Below are positions 54,089 through 61,135 of a DNA stretch of 61,707 nucleotides, piece by piece. The DNA lies in the IMG/VR virus record IMGVR_UViG_3300031673_000039, positions 1 through 61,707 of that record. One strand, written 5' to 3'. The DNA comes from a virus. The stretch's first letter is position 1, and the number at the start of each line of letters is the position of its first letter. The notes under the pieces were generated by a model, which saw nothing but the letters and a program-made list of their open reading frames with translations, did not search any database and was not told the DNA's origin. The position numbers and the translations under genes are program-made.

Positions 54089-55471
54089 CTAAATTAAGAC
54101 CCTGAGTTGGTCAGCGAAGGCGTCCGCGCGAATGGACTTGCCTGTCAGGCGCTCCCAGGCGATTTCGTCATAAGTGTCCCTGGCAACTACGGTGATGGTT
54201 TCGGTCTTCTCGGTCTGGCCGATGCGGTGGATGCGTTTCAGACCTTGTTTATACCATTCCAGGTTGTCCGTCGGGCTGGCCCAAATAGTTCGTGTGCCCC
54301 GTGTCCAAGTCAGGCCGTGCGCTGCGCTCTTGGGGTGAGCGAGGATTTCGTCGTATTTGCCGGCCTGGAAGTCGCGGGTGATTTCGGTTCGTTCTTTGTC
54401 GCTGGTATTGCCGTCGTACACGGCGAAACTGATTCCGCGTTTTGTGCACTCCTTGATCAGTTCCTCACGCTGGTGTTTCCACTGGAAGAACACCACGCTG
54501 TGGCGAGCTTCCTGCGCTAGGTCCGTGACGAATTCGTAGCGATTGCTGTCGAAAGTGCTATATTCACGGTCTCCGCCAGTATCTCCGTCGTTGTAGATGG
54601 CTCCTGATGCAATCTGCAGCAGCTTGACGCGGAGCACTCCTTTGTTAATCGCGCTCAGTGTCTTACCCTTGACTTGGGTAAGCTGGTGTTTTTCCATCTC
54701 CAGGTAGTGCCTGTGATGCGGGGTGCTCAAGTTGACGGCACGAGTGTACGCGTGGTTCTTTGGGATACCGACGCATTCCTCGAAGAGGTGTTTGATGCTG
54801 ATGTCTTGAATCAGCGCGCCGATGATGCTCTCGACGCCGGGTTTGTCTTCCCACTTCACCATCTTGGTATCGGGACCTACTTGAGTCGGCGTGCATACGT
54901 TGGAGCGGAAGTTGAAAAACGAGGTACCGAGGCGTTTGCCACCATCGAGCAAGTAGAATTGGTGCCACAGATCGCATAGTCCGTTTGGGTCGGGCAGACC
55001 GGACAGGTTACGACGGTATTCGAAGGGGTTTATGATCTTAGCCAGGTTGCGTGAACGTCCCGAAGTATGATGTTTGAATGCGGTTGACTCATCGTTGATG
55101 ATGGTGCCTCCTTCAAATTTTTTCCAGAATTTTCTTTTGTCCTGTTTGACTAGCCAGTTTACTGCGTCGTGGTTGGTGATATAGACGTCAGCTTCTTTGG
55201 TGAATGCTTCCTTGCGGTTTGTTGCGTACGCTATGGACAGTCGCATGCCGGGGGCGAAGGAACGGAAGTCGTCCGCCCAGGCGCTTTCGAGCGTCGAACG
55301 AGTTGCGGTGACGATGGCCGGTGGGCCACCCTTGTATCGACGTTCGGCGAAGTCTTCGACCTCGACGCGGGTCTTGCCCGTGCCGGGTTCGCTCATGTCG
55401 AAGAAGCGGGGTTGTTCCTTTAGCCGCGCTTTGGTTTCGGCCTGGTGGGGGAAGAGGGGTGGGGGTTTCAT
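54089..55471 (-). CDS. SNF2-family (SF2) helicase/ATPase
   Basis: Motif I EPGTGKT, motif II IINDESTAF, motif III-like NLSGLP, motif VI QGLKRIHRIGQ. Confidence 0.9.
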   Translation of the reverse strand: MKPPPLFPHQAETKARLKEQPRFFDMSEPGTGKTRVEVEDFAERRYKGGPPAIVTATRSTLESAWADDFRSFAPGMRLSIAYATNRKEAFTKEADVYITNHDAVNWLVKQDKRKFWKKFEGGTIINDESTAFKHHTSGRSRNLAKIINPFEYRRNLSGLPDPNGLCDLWHQFYLLDGGKRLGTSFFNFRSNVCTPTQVGPDTKMVKWEDKPGVESIIGALIQDISIKHLFEECVGIPKNHAYTRAVNLSTPHHRHYLEMEKHQLTQVKGKTLSAINKGVLRVKLLQIASGAIYNDGDTGGDREYSTFDSNRYEFVTDLAQEARHSVVFFQWKHQREELIKECTKRGISFAVYDGNTSDKERTEITRDFQAGKYDEILAHPKSAAHGLTWTRGTRTIWASPTDNLEWYKQGLKRIHRIGQTEKTETITVVARDTYDEIAWERLTGKSIRADAFADQLRVLI

Positions 55472-55650
55472 AGTAAATCACTCATGACTTCCCAACCTAA
55501 TTCGGTTGTGCGATCGCGTAAGTATTTTTCATTTGAAGATAACCATTCTTCGCATTTTTTGAGGCTCCACTTAGGGCGTAATTCTTTTACGTCTTCAGCT
55601 CGCCATTGAATGTCAGCGTAAGGTTCTCCATAGAATTCTTTTTTAGCCAT
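55468..55650 (-). CDS. Hypothetical protein (60 aa)
   Basis: ATGA overlap with the SNF2 gene start. Confidence 0.5.
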   Translation of the reverse strand: MAKKEFYGEPYADIQWRAEDVKELRPKWSLKKCEEWLSSNEKYLRDRTTELGWEVMSDLL

Positions 55651-55659
55651 GATTTTCTC

Positions 55660-55893
55660 CTAAATCAATTTATCCGCCGCCGTTCCGGGCGGAGTGACTT
55701 CGTTCATTGGATCGCCACGGAACAGCTTGGCGAGGGGCGAGTAGTGCATAGTGCCATTCTGCATATGGTGGGCGCAGAGCACGTACTCATTCTTGCCTGT
55801 TTTGCGGTTCTGGCATTCGGTGACGCATAGGGTCTGGTTGTGGGCGGCGTGCAGGATGGTGCCGAACTGGAGTCTGGCGCGCTTGGTAATCAT
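55660..55893 (-). CDS. Hypothetical Cys/His-containing protein (77 aa)
   Basis: Start at MITKRARLQF with ATGA overlap to the upstream stop. Confidence 0.45.
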   Translation of the reverse strand: MITKRARLQFGTILHAAHNQTLCVTECQNRKTGKNEYVLCAHHMQNGTMHYSPLAKLFRGDPMNEVTPPGTAADKLI

Positions 55894-56102
55894 GATGGTT
55901 TGAGGCGATTGAGCCATGTTCCCAAAGTAGGTAATAGTTTGTAGCTGGTTGTGGACATTGCAGGTATCTTGAAAGAGGGTGCCGAGTTGAGCGCGATAAT
56001 TGCTCGTTGCAAATCGTCGACACATGCTTCGAGGGCGTCCTTCAGGTCTTCGATCTGTTCATCGTTGCTGTCGTACTGGTTGTCGTCGAGTGGGTTTTTC
56101 AT
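55890..56102 (-). CDS. Acidic hypothetical protein (70 aa)
   Basis: ATG at 56100-56102 after AAAGGAAAA. MKNPLDDNQYDSNDEQIEDLKDALE. Confidence 0.5.
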   Translation of the reverse strand: MKNPLDDNQYDSNDEQIEDLKDALEACVDDLQRAIIALNSAPSFKIPAMSTTSYKLLPTLGTWLNRLKPS

Positions 56103-56618
56103 TGTTATTTTCCTTTTGAAATACTTACACCGCAACACTCGGTCCTGGAGGTCGTTGATTAGACTGGCTCCATTCGGTAATCAGCCCGCGCGGCTTGCGC
56201 GCCGGATGCTGCGGTGTAAGTGCCGGTTACGGTTCCGGCGGGCAAGAGCTGTCATCCATTTCTGGGTCGTGTGCAAGTGCCCCGATTTCAAAGCAACCCC
56301 ACCGGAGTGCGGATACTTTGTATTTAGTGAGAGATCCGATAGACGCGCTAAGAATTGAACGAATTCAAGTTGTCACGGAGATATGGTAGTCATCCTTGAC
56401 TTTCTGACGTCGTTTTATCTTGAGTCTATCCTATCTCGCTGGGCTCTCTCTCATTTCGCTAGTTCATCCGAGGAATGACCTCGGCATCAATCGCCCACAA
56501 GGCTGCCGCCTGTTTACTATCATTAGTCTGGTTGTGGTGCACCACAGAGCCAGGGTGCTTGACAAGGTTCTCAATTGCGGTAGAGAGCGAGCAAGCGGCA
56601 GCCTTGTGGGCGAGTTCT
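56103..56618 (-). other. 516-nt ORF-free, hairpin-rich segment (candidate structured RNA or cis-acting DNA element)
   Basis: No minus-strand ORF longer than about 20 codons. 18-bp perfect inverted repeat 56492-56509 / 56595-56612. 11-bp inverted repeat 56124-56134 / 56210-56220. Hairpin CCGAGG-N5-CCTCGG at 56468-56484. Palindrome GTGGTGCACCAC. Confidence 0.5.
56559..56586 (+). promoter_or_regulatory. Plus-strand sigma70-like promoter candidate inside the 18-bp-stem loop (would drive an antisense transcript into the hexamer array)
   Basis: TTGACA (56559-56564), 16-nt spacer, TAGAGA (56581-56586). The last -10 base is A rather than T, so strength is doubtful. Confidence 0.25.
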
Positions 56619-56978
56619 TTACACCCCTACAGAACAGTGCCCGGTACCACCTAGTGACTCCAGCTCCAGCTCCGGCTCCAGCTCCCGCTCCAGCTCCAGC
56701 TCCCGCTCCGGCTCCCGCTCCGGCTCCAGCTCCAGCTCCGGCTCCAGCTCCGGCTCCCGCTCCAGCTCCAGCTCCAGCTCCAGCTCCCGCTCCGGCTCCA
56801 GCTCCAGCTCCAGCTCCCGCTCCGGCTCCCGCTCCGGCTCCAGCTCCAGCTCCAGCTCCCGCTCCGGCTCCGGCTCCGGCTCCAGCTCCGGCTCCAAGCG
56901 ACTTGCATTAACGCGGCGTTCATTTTTGGCTTCTTGGCAAGGTGGCTGTAAGTTCACACATGTCCAGTAGTGCGCCAC
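56619..56978 (-). CDS. Polyanionic (Glu-X)40 repeat protein with a Cas4-nuclease-like C-terminal tail (start uncertain)
   Basis: Same orientation as its neighbours. 40 Glu alternate with 19 Leu, 12 Pro and 8 Arg, ending in ESLGGTGHCSVGV. No convincing RBS for the GTG at 56978. Overlaps 56920..57261 by 59 nt. Confidence 0.4.
   Translation of the reverse strand: MAHYWTCVNLQPPCQEAKNERRVNASRLEPELEPEPEPERELELELEPEREPERELELELEPERELELELELEREPELEPELELEPEREPERELELERELEPELELESLGGTGHCSVGV
56658..56896. repeat. About 40 tandem CCNGCT hexamers
   Basis: Perfect 6-nt periodicity. Only the third base of CCN varies (A/G/C). Open in all six frames. Confidence 0.95.
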
Positions 56979-57261
56979 GATTGATGTAGACTAGCAGCCC
57001 TTGTGGATAGGGTTCGCACTCCTTGACCTTGCCTTCGGCGACGAACTGCATGAAGCGGTCGGTTTCGGGTATCCAGGAGCAGTCGACCAAGATGAGGTCG
57101 GAGTCGGTAACCGATTGAAGGTTTCCTGTGTAGATCATGGTCACGGTGCGGACAATGACGTTCTTGCCGACGGGGTAGTTGCTGTGTGTTGGCGAGTTTG
57201 CAGGTGTTGAAAGTGCTTGGATTTCGCGGATTTGTTTTAGAGTTAGGTCTTCGATGTTCAT
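56920..57261 (-). CDS. Hypothetical protein (113 aa)
   Basis: AAGGAGAAA RBS. Clean ORF directly after the Cas4-like nuclease gene. Confidence 0.6.
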   Translation of the reverse strand: MNIEDLTLKQIREIQALSTPANSPTHSNYPVGKNVIVRTVTMIYTGNLQSVTDSDLILVDCSWIPETDRFMQFVAEGKVKECEPYPQGLLVYINRGALLDMCELTATLPRSQK

Positions 57262-57288
57262 TGTGTTTCTCCTTGATGAGTGTTATTT

Positions 57289-57990
57289 TTAAACGCCTAC
57301 GGTGCAGTGTCCCGTGCCGCCCAGTGTCTCGGGCTTGAAAGGACACCAGCGACAGCTGTAGGCATTCGGGTTTGGTGGAAACGTCGTCGCTTCAGTCATT
57401 TTTCGCGCCCGGTTGTCGAAGCCTTTCAGGCAGCGCAGACCTTGGGCGCGTGTTACGGTCATGGTGGCAAGCTCGTTTTGGTCGAAATACCATAGTTCAG
57501 TGGTAATTGTTTCGACTTCGGGTTCACGGATGAAAGTAGCCATTGCGTAGAGCTGGAGTTGTTCGCCGTGTTTGATCTCGTTGCCGAAACGGCGACCGGA
57601 CTTATAGTCAATTGGCACTGCGTGTGTCTTGGTGAGTCGCACCATGGCATCGAGTTTCATGCGGAACCAAGCGGTTTTCCAGTCGGTCGGCTGCCAGTTG
57701 CGGTCGAAACCCCAATCCCCTTCTAGGCTGACTATCCCTGAGTCGAAGTGTTTTTTGAGACTGATCATCTCATCCTTGAAGTGTTTGGTAGCTTCCTTGG
57801 GCGCTTCGGGTTGTTTACCACGCATCCAATCTTCGCAGCCTTGATGAATGGCTGTACCCCGATCGGATGCAGGACTTGGACGAGGGTCGGGGATACGTTC
57901 GACGTGTTTGAGATAGGCCCTGAATCGACAGCTCTCGAAGTCGAGTAGGCGGGAGTAAGAGGCACTGGTGATGGTTTTCGTGGTTTTCAT
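57289..57990 (-). CDS. Cas4/RecB-like PD-(D/E)XK exonuclease with a 4-Cys (Fe-S type) arrangement
   Basis: KLDAMVRL...IDYKSG (D...DxK), QLQLY (QhxxY), N-terminal Cys (FESCRF) plus C-terminal CRWC...GHC. Confidence 0.8.
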   Translation of the reverse strand: MKTTKTITSASYSRLLDFESCRFRAYLKHVERIPDPRPSPASDRGTAIHQGCEDWMRGKQPEAPKEATKHFKDEMISLKKHFDSGIVSLEGDWGFDRNWQPTDWKTAWFRMKLDAMVRLTKTHAVPIDYKSGRRFGNEIKHGEQLQLYAMATFIREPEVETITTELWYFDQNELATMTVTRAQGLRCLKGFDNRARKMTEATTFPPNPNAYSCRWCPFKPETLGGTGHCTVGV

Positions 57991-58015
57991 GATGTGTCTC
58001 TGAAGTAAGTTTGTA

Positions 58016-58043
58016 ACTCTAACAGAACGTATGAGATTGTCAA
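58016..58043 (-). promoter_or_regulatory. Sigma70-like promoter candidate upstream of the Cas4-like gene
   Basis: Minus strand: TTGACA (58038-58043), 16-nt spacer, TAGAGT (58016-58021), in the 63-nt gap between genes. Confidence 0.5.
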
Positions 58044-58053
58044 ACGAATTGTT

Positions 58054-58308
58054 TTAAGCTGCAGTCTTTAGCAGTCCTTTGTTGTATTCAAAGTGGATGG
58101 TTACACCTTGGCGTGCAGGCGCTGGCGGTTGGGCGGCGTGTTTCGCTTGACTAGCGGCGAAGAGGTGATTGCGTTTGGGCCTGCCGAATTTGATACCTTC
58201 GACGTCTCGTAGGTGCTGAAGCCAGGCGTAGTCGTAGCCGAATGCTTTCTTGAAGTGGTTCAGCGTGATTTCAGGTAGGCGGCTGAACTCAAACGTTAGA
58301 ACTCTCAA
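58054..58308 (-). CDS. Small protein, paralogue of 58666..58857
   Basis: TTGA overlap with the upstream stop. Shares ITLNHFKKAFGYDYAWLQxLRDVE with its paralogue. Confidence 0.5.
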   Translation of the reverse strand: MRVLTFEFSRLPEITLNHFKKAFGYDYAWLQHLRDVEGIKFGRPKRNHLFAASQAKHAAQPPAPARQGVTIHFEYNKGLLKTAA

Positions 58309-58649
58309 CCATCAGTGAAGTACCACTCACCATCACGCAGCTCGAACACCTTCTTTCCGCGCAGGTGCACTTCTGTCGCTGGTTCGTGTTCAAGTGCTTC
58401 GAGGAGTCTTTCGTGCCCGGTGGTAGCGAACTTCGATTCGCCGTTCTGTGTCCAGATGTTCAGGAACACGTCGCCTTCAGCTTCAGTATCTCGTCCGTAA
58501 ATGCTGGTCATCTCACCCATCTGCATCTCTTGCGTGTTCGTGTCCAGACCCTTGGCCGCATCGAGATATTTGTTCACCAGTGCGCTGAAGTCTTTCCAGA
58601 AAGCATTGCGCAATGCCAACGCTGCAAGTTGTTTCAGTTCGTCGTTCAT
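58305..58649 (-). CDS. Hypothetical protein (114 aa)
   Basis: GGAGAAAAAG RBS, clean ORF. Confidence 0.6.
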   Translation of the reverse strand: MNDELKQLAALALRNAFWKDFSALVNKYLDAAKGLDTNTQEMQMGEMTSIYGRDTEAEGDVFLNIWTQNGESKFATTGHERLLEALEHEPATEVHLRGKKVFELRDGEWYFTDG

Positions 58650-58665
58650 TCTTTTTCTCCGAGTT

Positions 58666-58857
58666 TTACAGTTTGAGATGATTCTTCATGGGCTTGCCGA
58701 ACTTGACGTCTTCGACGTCCCGCAGTTGTTGCAGCCAGGCGTAGTCGTAGCCGAATGCTTTCTTGAAGTGGTTCAGCGTGATGTGTGGGCTGCGCGCCAA
58801 GACTTCCTTGATGTGGGCCTTGCGCCTGGCGAGTTCTTCTGGGATTACTTTTGCCAT
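58666..58857 (-). CDS. Small protein, paralogue of 58054..58308
   Basis: ATG at 58855-58857 after GGAAGGG. MAKVIPEELARRKAHIKEVLARSPHITLNHFKKAFGYDYAWLQ. Confidence 0.5.
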   Translation of the reverse strand: MAKVIPEELARRKAHIKEVLARSPHITLNHFKKAFGYDYAWLQQLRDVEDVKFGKPMKNHLKL

Positions 58858-58913
58858 GTGCTTACCCTTCCGACTGGATTGTTGTGGCCATGCGGTGGAT
58901 TTCTTCAGGTATA

Positions 58914-59468
58914 TCATCCTTGTCTAGAAGCCCGCCCTTTTCGGCGTATCAAAGAAGCAACTTCTTCTAGTGTTTTCTTCCTGGCTTCCTTGTCGCGCTT
59001 TGCGTCTCGTTCGGCTAGGGCGGTGAGGTTGTCGTCACGAAGTATGTTTACCGTGCAGCCACCAAGACCTTCCGCGCTCTTTTCCAAGCCGTTTTCCAGA
59101 AATGCCGCCGGATACAAAACATCGTCACGAACATCGACGATAAATAATTTGAGATCTTCAACCCGATCCTGTGCCGCGACCAGAGCATTACTGCATTTGT
59201 CAAATCGATTGATAGTTCTATCCAACTCCAGCTTGGTGTCAAGATACAGCCGGGATTCTGCCACCAGTGCTTCGTTACTGGCGCGGAGTTGTTCCCGAAG
59301 AACATCATTTGCATCGGCTAGTTCGTAATCTGGATATGTCCGACTTTCCGCTATTTGCAATAGGAGTTTCAGAGCCTCAATCTCCTTATCCTTCTCGACT
59401 ATGATGGCATCTACTTCATCAGCCTCATAGTATTGGCACAAACTTTCTGGAAATTCGTAGCGTTTCAT
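58914..59468 (-). CDS. Coiled-coil protein (184 aa)
   Basis: GGAGAAAA RBS. Long heptad-like Glu/Leu/Lys/Asp-rich sequence. Confidence 0.6.
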   Translation of the reverse strand: MKRYEFPESLCQYYEADEVDAIIVEKDKEIEALKLLLQIAESRTYPDYELADANDVLREQLRASNEALVAESRLYLDTKLELDRTINRFDKCSNALVAAQDRVEDLKLFIVDVRDDVLYPAAFLENGLEKSAEGLGGCTVNILRDDNLTALAERDAKRDKEARKKTLEEVASLIRRKGRASRQG

Positions 59469-59540
59469 GATTTTTCTCCTTTATTCCCCACACGCAGGGC
59501 AGTCACCGCCAGACTGATCGCACCCCCAATATCTCGATCC

Positions 59541-59855
59541 TCAGATGATAGGCTCAGGTGCGGAATATATCGGCATCACTTGGTCAGGGAATTCTGGCTT
59601 ATTCTTGCTGAATTCCCACTCTTGTCTAGCATCTCGCCACAAGTACCCAAAAGGCTCGGGTGCGGGTGGTGTTGGGGTTGTTGTTATCAGCATCCTAATA
59701 TCCTTCAAAAACTCGCGTGTTCCCCCATGACTCATTTGGCACAAGCCAGCTAGGGCCTTCCTATCTATCTGTTCCAGGAGTTCCGTTGGAACCATCTTCC
59801 ACTCTTTAAGTTCTTCTCTCATCTCACTCTCCAATCTGGTGTAATCCACGTTCAT
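59541..59855 (-). CDS. Hypothetical protein (104 aa)
   Basis: Clean ORF, weak RBS. Confidence 0.5.
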   Translation of the reverse strand: MNVDYTRLESEMREELKEWKMVPTELLEQIDRKALAGLCQMSHGGTREFLKDIRMLITTTPTPPAPEPFGYLWRDARQEWEFSKNKPEFPDQVMPIYSAPEPII

Positions 59856-59864
59856 TATTCGATA

Positions 59865-60170
59865 TCACCTGTTTTTGGGGTATATTTCTACGTTAGGCGT
59901 CACCGTGCGCCGGTTCCAAATCTCTGCGAGTAATGGCGCTACATCATCCATCAGCGCGAATTTCAAAGGCGTTGTCATCCAGCATTGCGGGTTCCCGCAC
60001 TCAATGAAATATCCGCCTTCCTCGCCTTCTACGCCGTCATTGCATTTCTGCTGGTGCAAAGTCGCCGTGCCGCCGCAATGGGCGCAGGGTAGCAAGCCGC
60101 CCAACCCGGCGTTCAACTCGGACGCTGCTCCCTCTGGCGTATCTGCTTCTGGTGCTGTTTCAGTGTTCAT
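59865..60170 (-). CDS. Lar-family restriction-alleviation-like zinc-ribbon protein with a shared 24-aa acidic N-terminal leader
   Basis: LLPCAHCGGTATL...YFIECGNPQCWM...LLAEIWNRRT fits the Lar pattern (PCxxCGG...C..C...WNRR). N-terminus MNTETAPEADTPEGAASELNAGLG. Confidence 0.55.
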   Translation of the reverse strand: MNTETAPEADTPEGAASELNAGLGGLLPCAHCGGTATLHQQKCNDGVEGEEGGYFIECGNPQCWMTTPLKFALMDDVAPLLAEIWNRRTVTPNVEIYPKNR

Positions 60171-60215
60171 TGGTCTTGCTCCTGTTCGTTGTGCGCAGAG
60201 CCGGTTAATTCTACG

Positions 60216-60455
60216 TTAGGGGAGTTCTTTACCCGCTGCCGCTACAATATAAAAGCATGCTGTGCAGACAATATCTCCAGCCATAATTCCATACTTTTCA
60301 AATGAAACTGTTTCCATCACAAACCCCTCGAAGAAACAAGGTTGGTATTGTTGGCAGTTCTCGCACCAAAAATGCGTGGCATCCCCTAACCCGGCGTTCA
60401 ACTCGGACGCTGCTCCCTCTGGCGTATCTGCTTCTGGTGCTGTTTCAATGTTCAT
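60216..60455 (-). CDS. Zinc-ribbon protein (79 aa) with the same 24-aa N-terminal leader
   Basis: MNIETAPEADTPEGAASELNAGLG, then CENC...CTAC. Confidence 0.5.
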   Translation of the reverse strand: MNIETAPEADTPEGAASELNAGLGDATHFWCENCQQYQPCFFEGFVMETVSFEKYGIMAGDIVCTACFYIVAAAGKELP

Positions 60456-60766
60456 GACTTCGGTTCCTTTTCTTTACGCGCAGAGCCGGTTAGCTCTACG
60501 TTGGGCGGCTGCGGGAGGTTCATCCAGTGTGTCAGTTTCCCAGTCACATCCCACCGCTCAGAGCTCGCAGTTTTCCATGTCGGCTCGCAGTCCTCATCCA
60601 CCTGTTCATAGGTGACAACCTGCATTTCTCCGTACTTCGTAACCCCAAGTACCGGCTCAGACATCGGCCACCCGTACTCCTGCAAAGTCATGTCTGGTGG
60701 GTAGATGATTGGTGTCCAAACCATGTTTCGACCAAGTACACCCCCTAATTCTGTGTTGTGCGTCAT
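60452..60766 (-). CDS. DUF551-like protein
   Basis: The C-terminal VTGKLTHWMNLPQPP matches the THWMPLPxPP signature. Confidence 0.55.
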   Translation of the reverse strand: MTHNTELGGVLGRNMVWTPIIYPPDMTLQEYGWPMSEPVLGVTKYGEMQVVTYEQVDEDCEPTWKTASSERWDVTGKLTHWMNLPQPPNVELTGSARKEKEPKS

Positions 60767-60824
60767 AGCATGAGATCGGCTACGCCGCCCTCATCCCAAA
60801 ATGTATCCCTAATCCGCTCAAGCA

Positions 60825-61034
60825 TCACGTTAGAGCGCATGCGGATTCCTGCCGCGCACGATCTAGGGCCGCTATCGCTGTCTGGTTCATCCCCCACTTC
60901 CAAGTGTCATGTAGGTCGTCGCACACCTTTGCGCAAGCCTCGCGTTCTGCATTAGCGGCCTCCACCCATGCGCGCTTTGCGAGCATTTTCGAGCGCCCAT
61001 CACCAGACTTGTCCCACCATTCTTCAAAAGTCAT
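60825..61034 (-). CDS. Hypothetical protein (69 aa)
   Basis: ATG at 61032-61034 after GGAGAAAG. MTFEEWWDKSGDG. Confidence 0.5.
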   Translation of the reverse strand: MTFEEWWDKSGDGRSKMLAKRAWVEAANAEREACAKVCDDLHDTWKWGMNQTAIAALDRARQESACALT

Positions 61035-61135
61035 ATTCTTTCTCCGTATCAAAAACGTTCTAACAAAACGGTGCAGCAGACGGTCAACGTCAGGCGCTCT
61101 CGTCAGTGCTGGTCATGTCGCTGTTGACCTCTACG

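Noticed and set aside
55951-56389. Plus-strand ORFs 55951..56358 and 56195..56389 as genes in the non-coding segment
   Set aside because: They have no RBS, run antisense to the operon, overlap genes 55660..56102, and have odd compositions (Ser/Arg/Cys-rich). They are more likely chance ORFs.
56658-56896. CRISPR array (also considered for the 15-nt array at 1-427 and 61575-61707)
   Set aside because: The units are 6 nt and 15 nt long and directly abutting, with no spacers. No cas genes are present apart from a stand-alone Cas4/RecB-like nuclease. These are coding or microsatellite tandem repeats.
56920-56925. Programmed frameshift or readthrough joining gene 56920..57261 to the repeat array at CAAAAAUGA
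   Set aside because: There is no canonical X XXY YYZ heptamer. In-frame readthrough would hit a second stop (TAA) four codons later. A -1 slip would enter the Ser-Trp/Arg/Gly frame, not the frame with the conserved tail. It is kept only as a remote possibility under the array finding.
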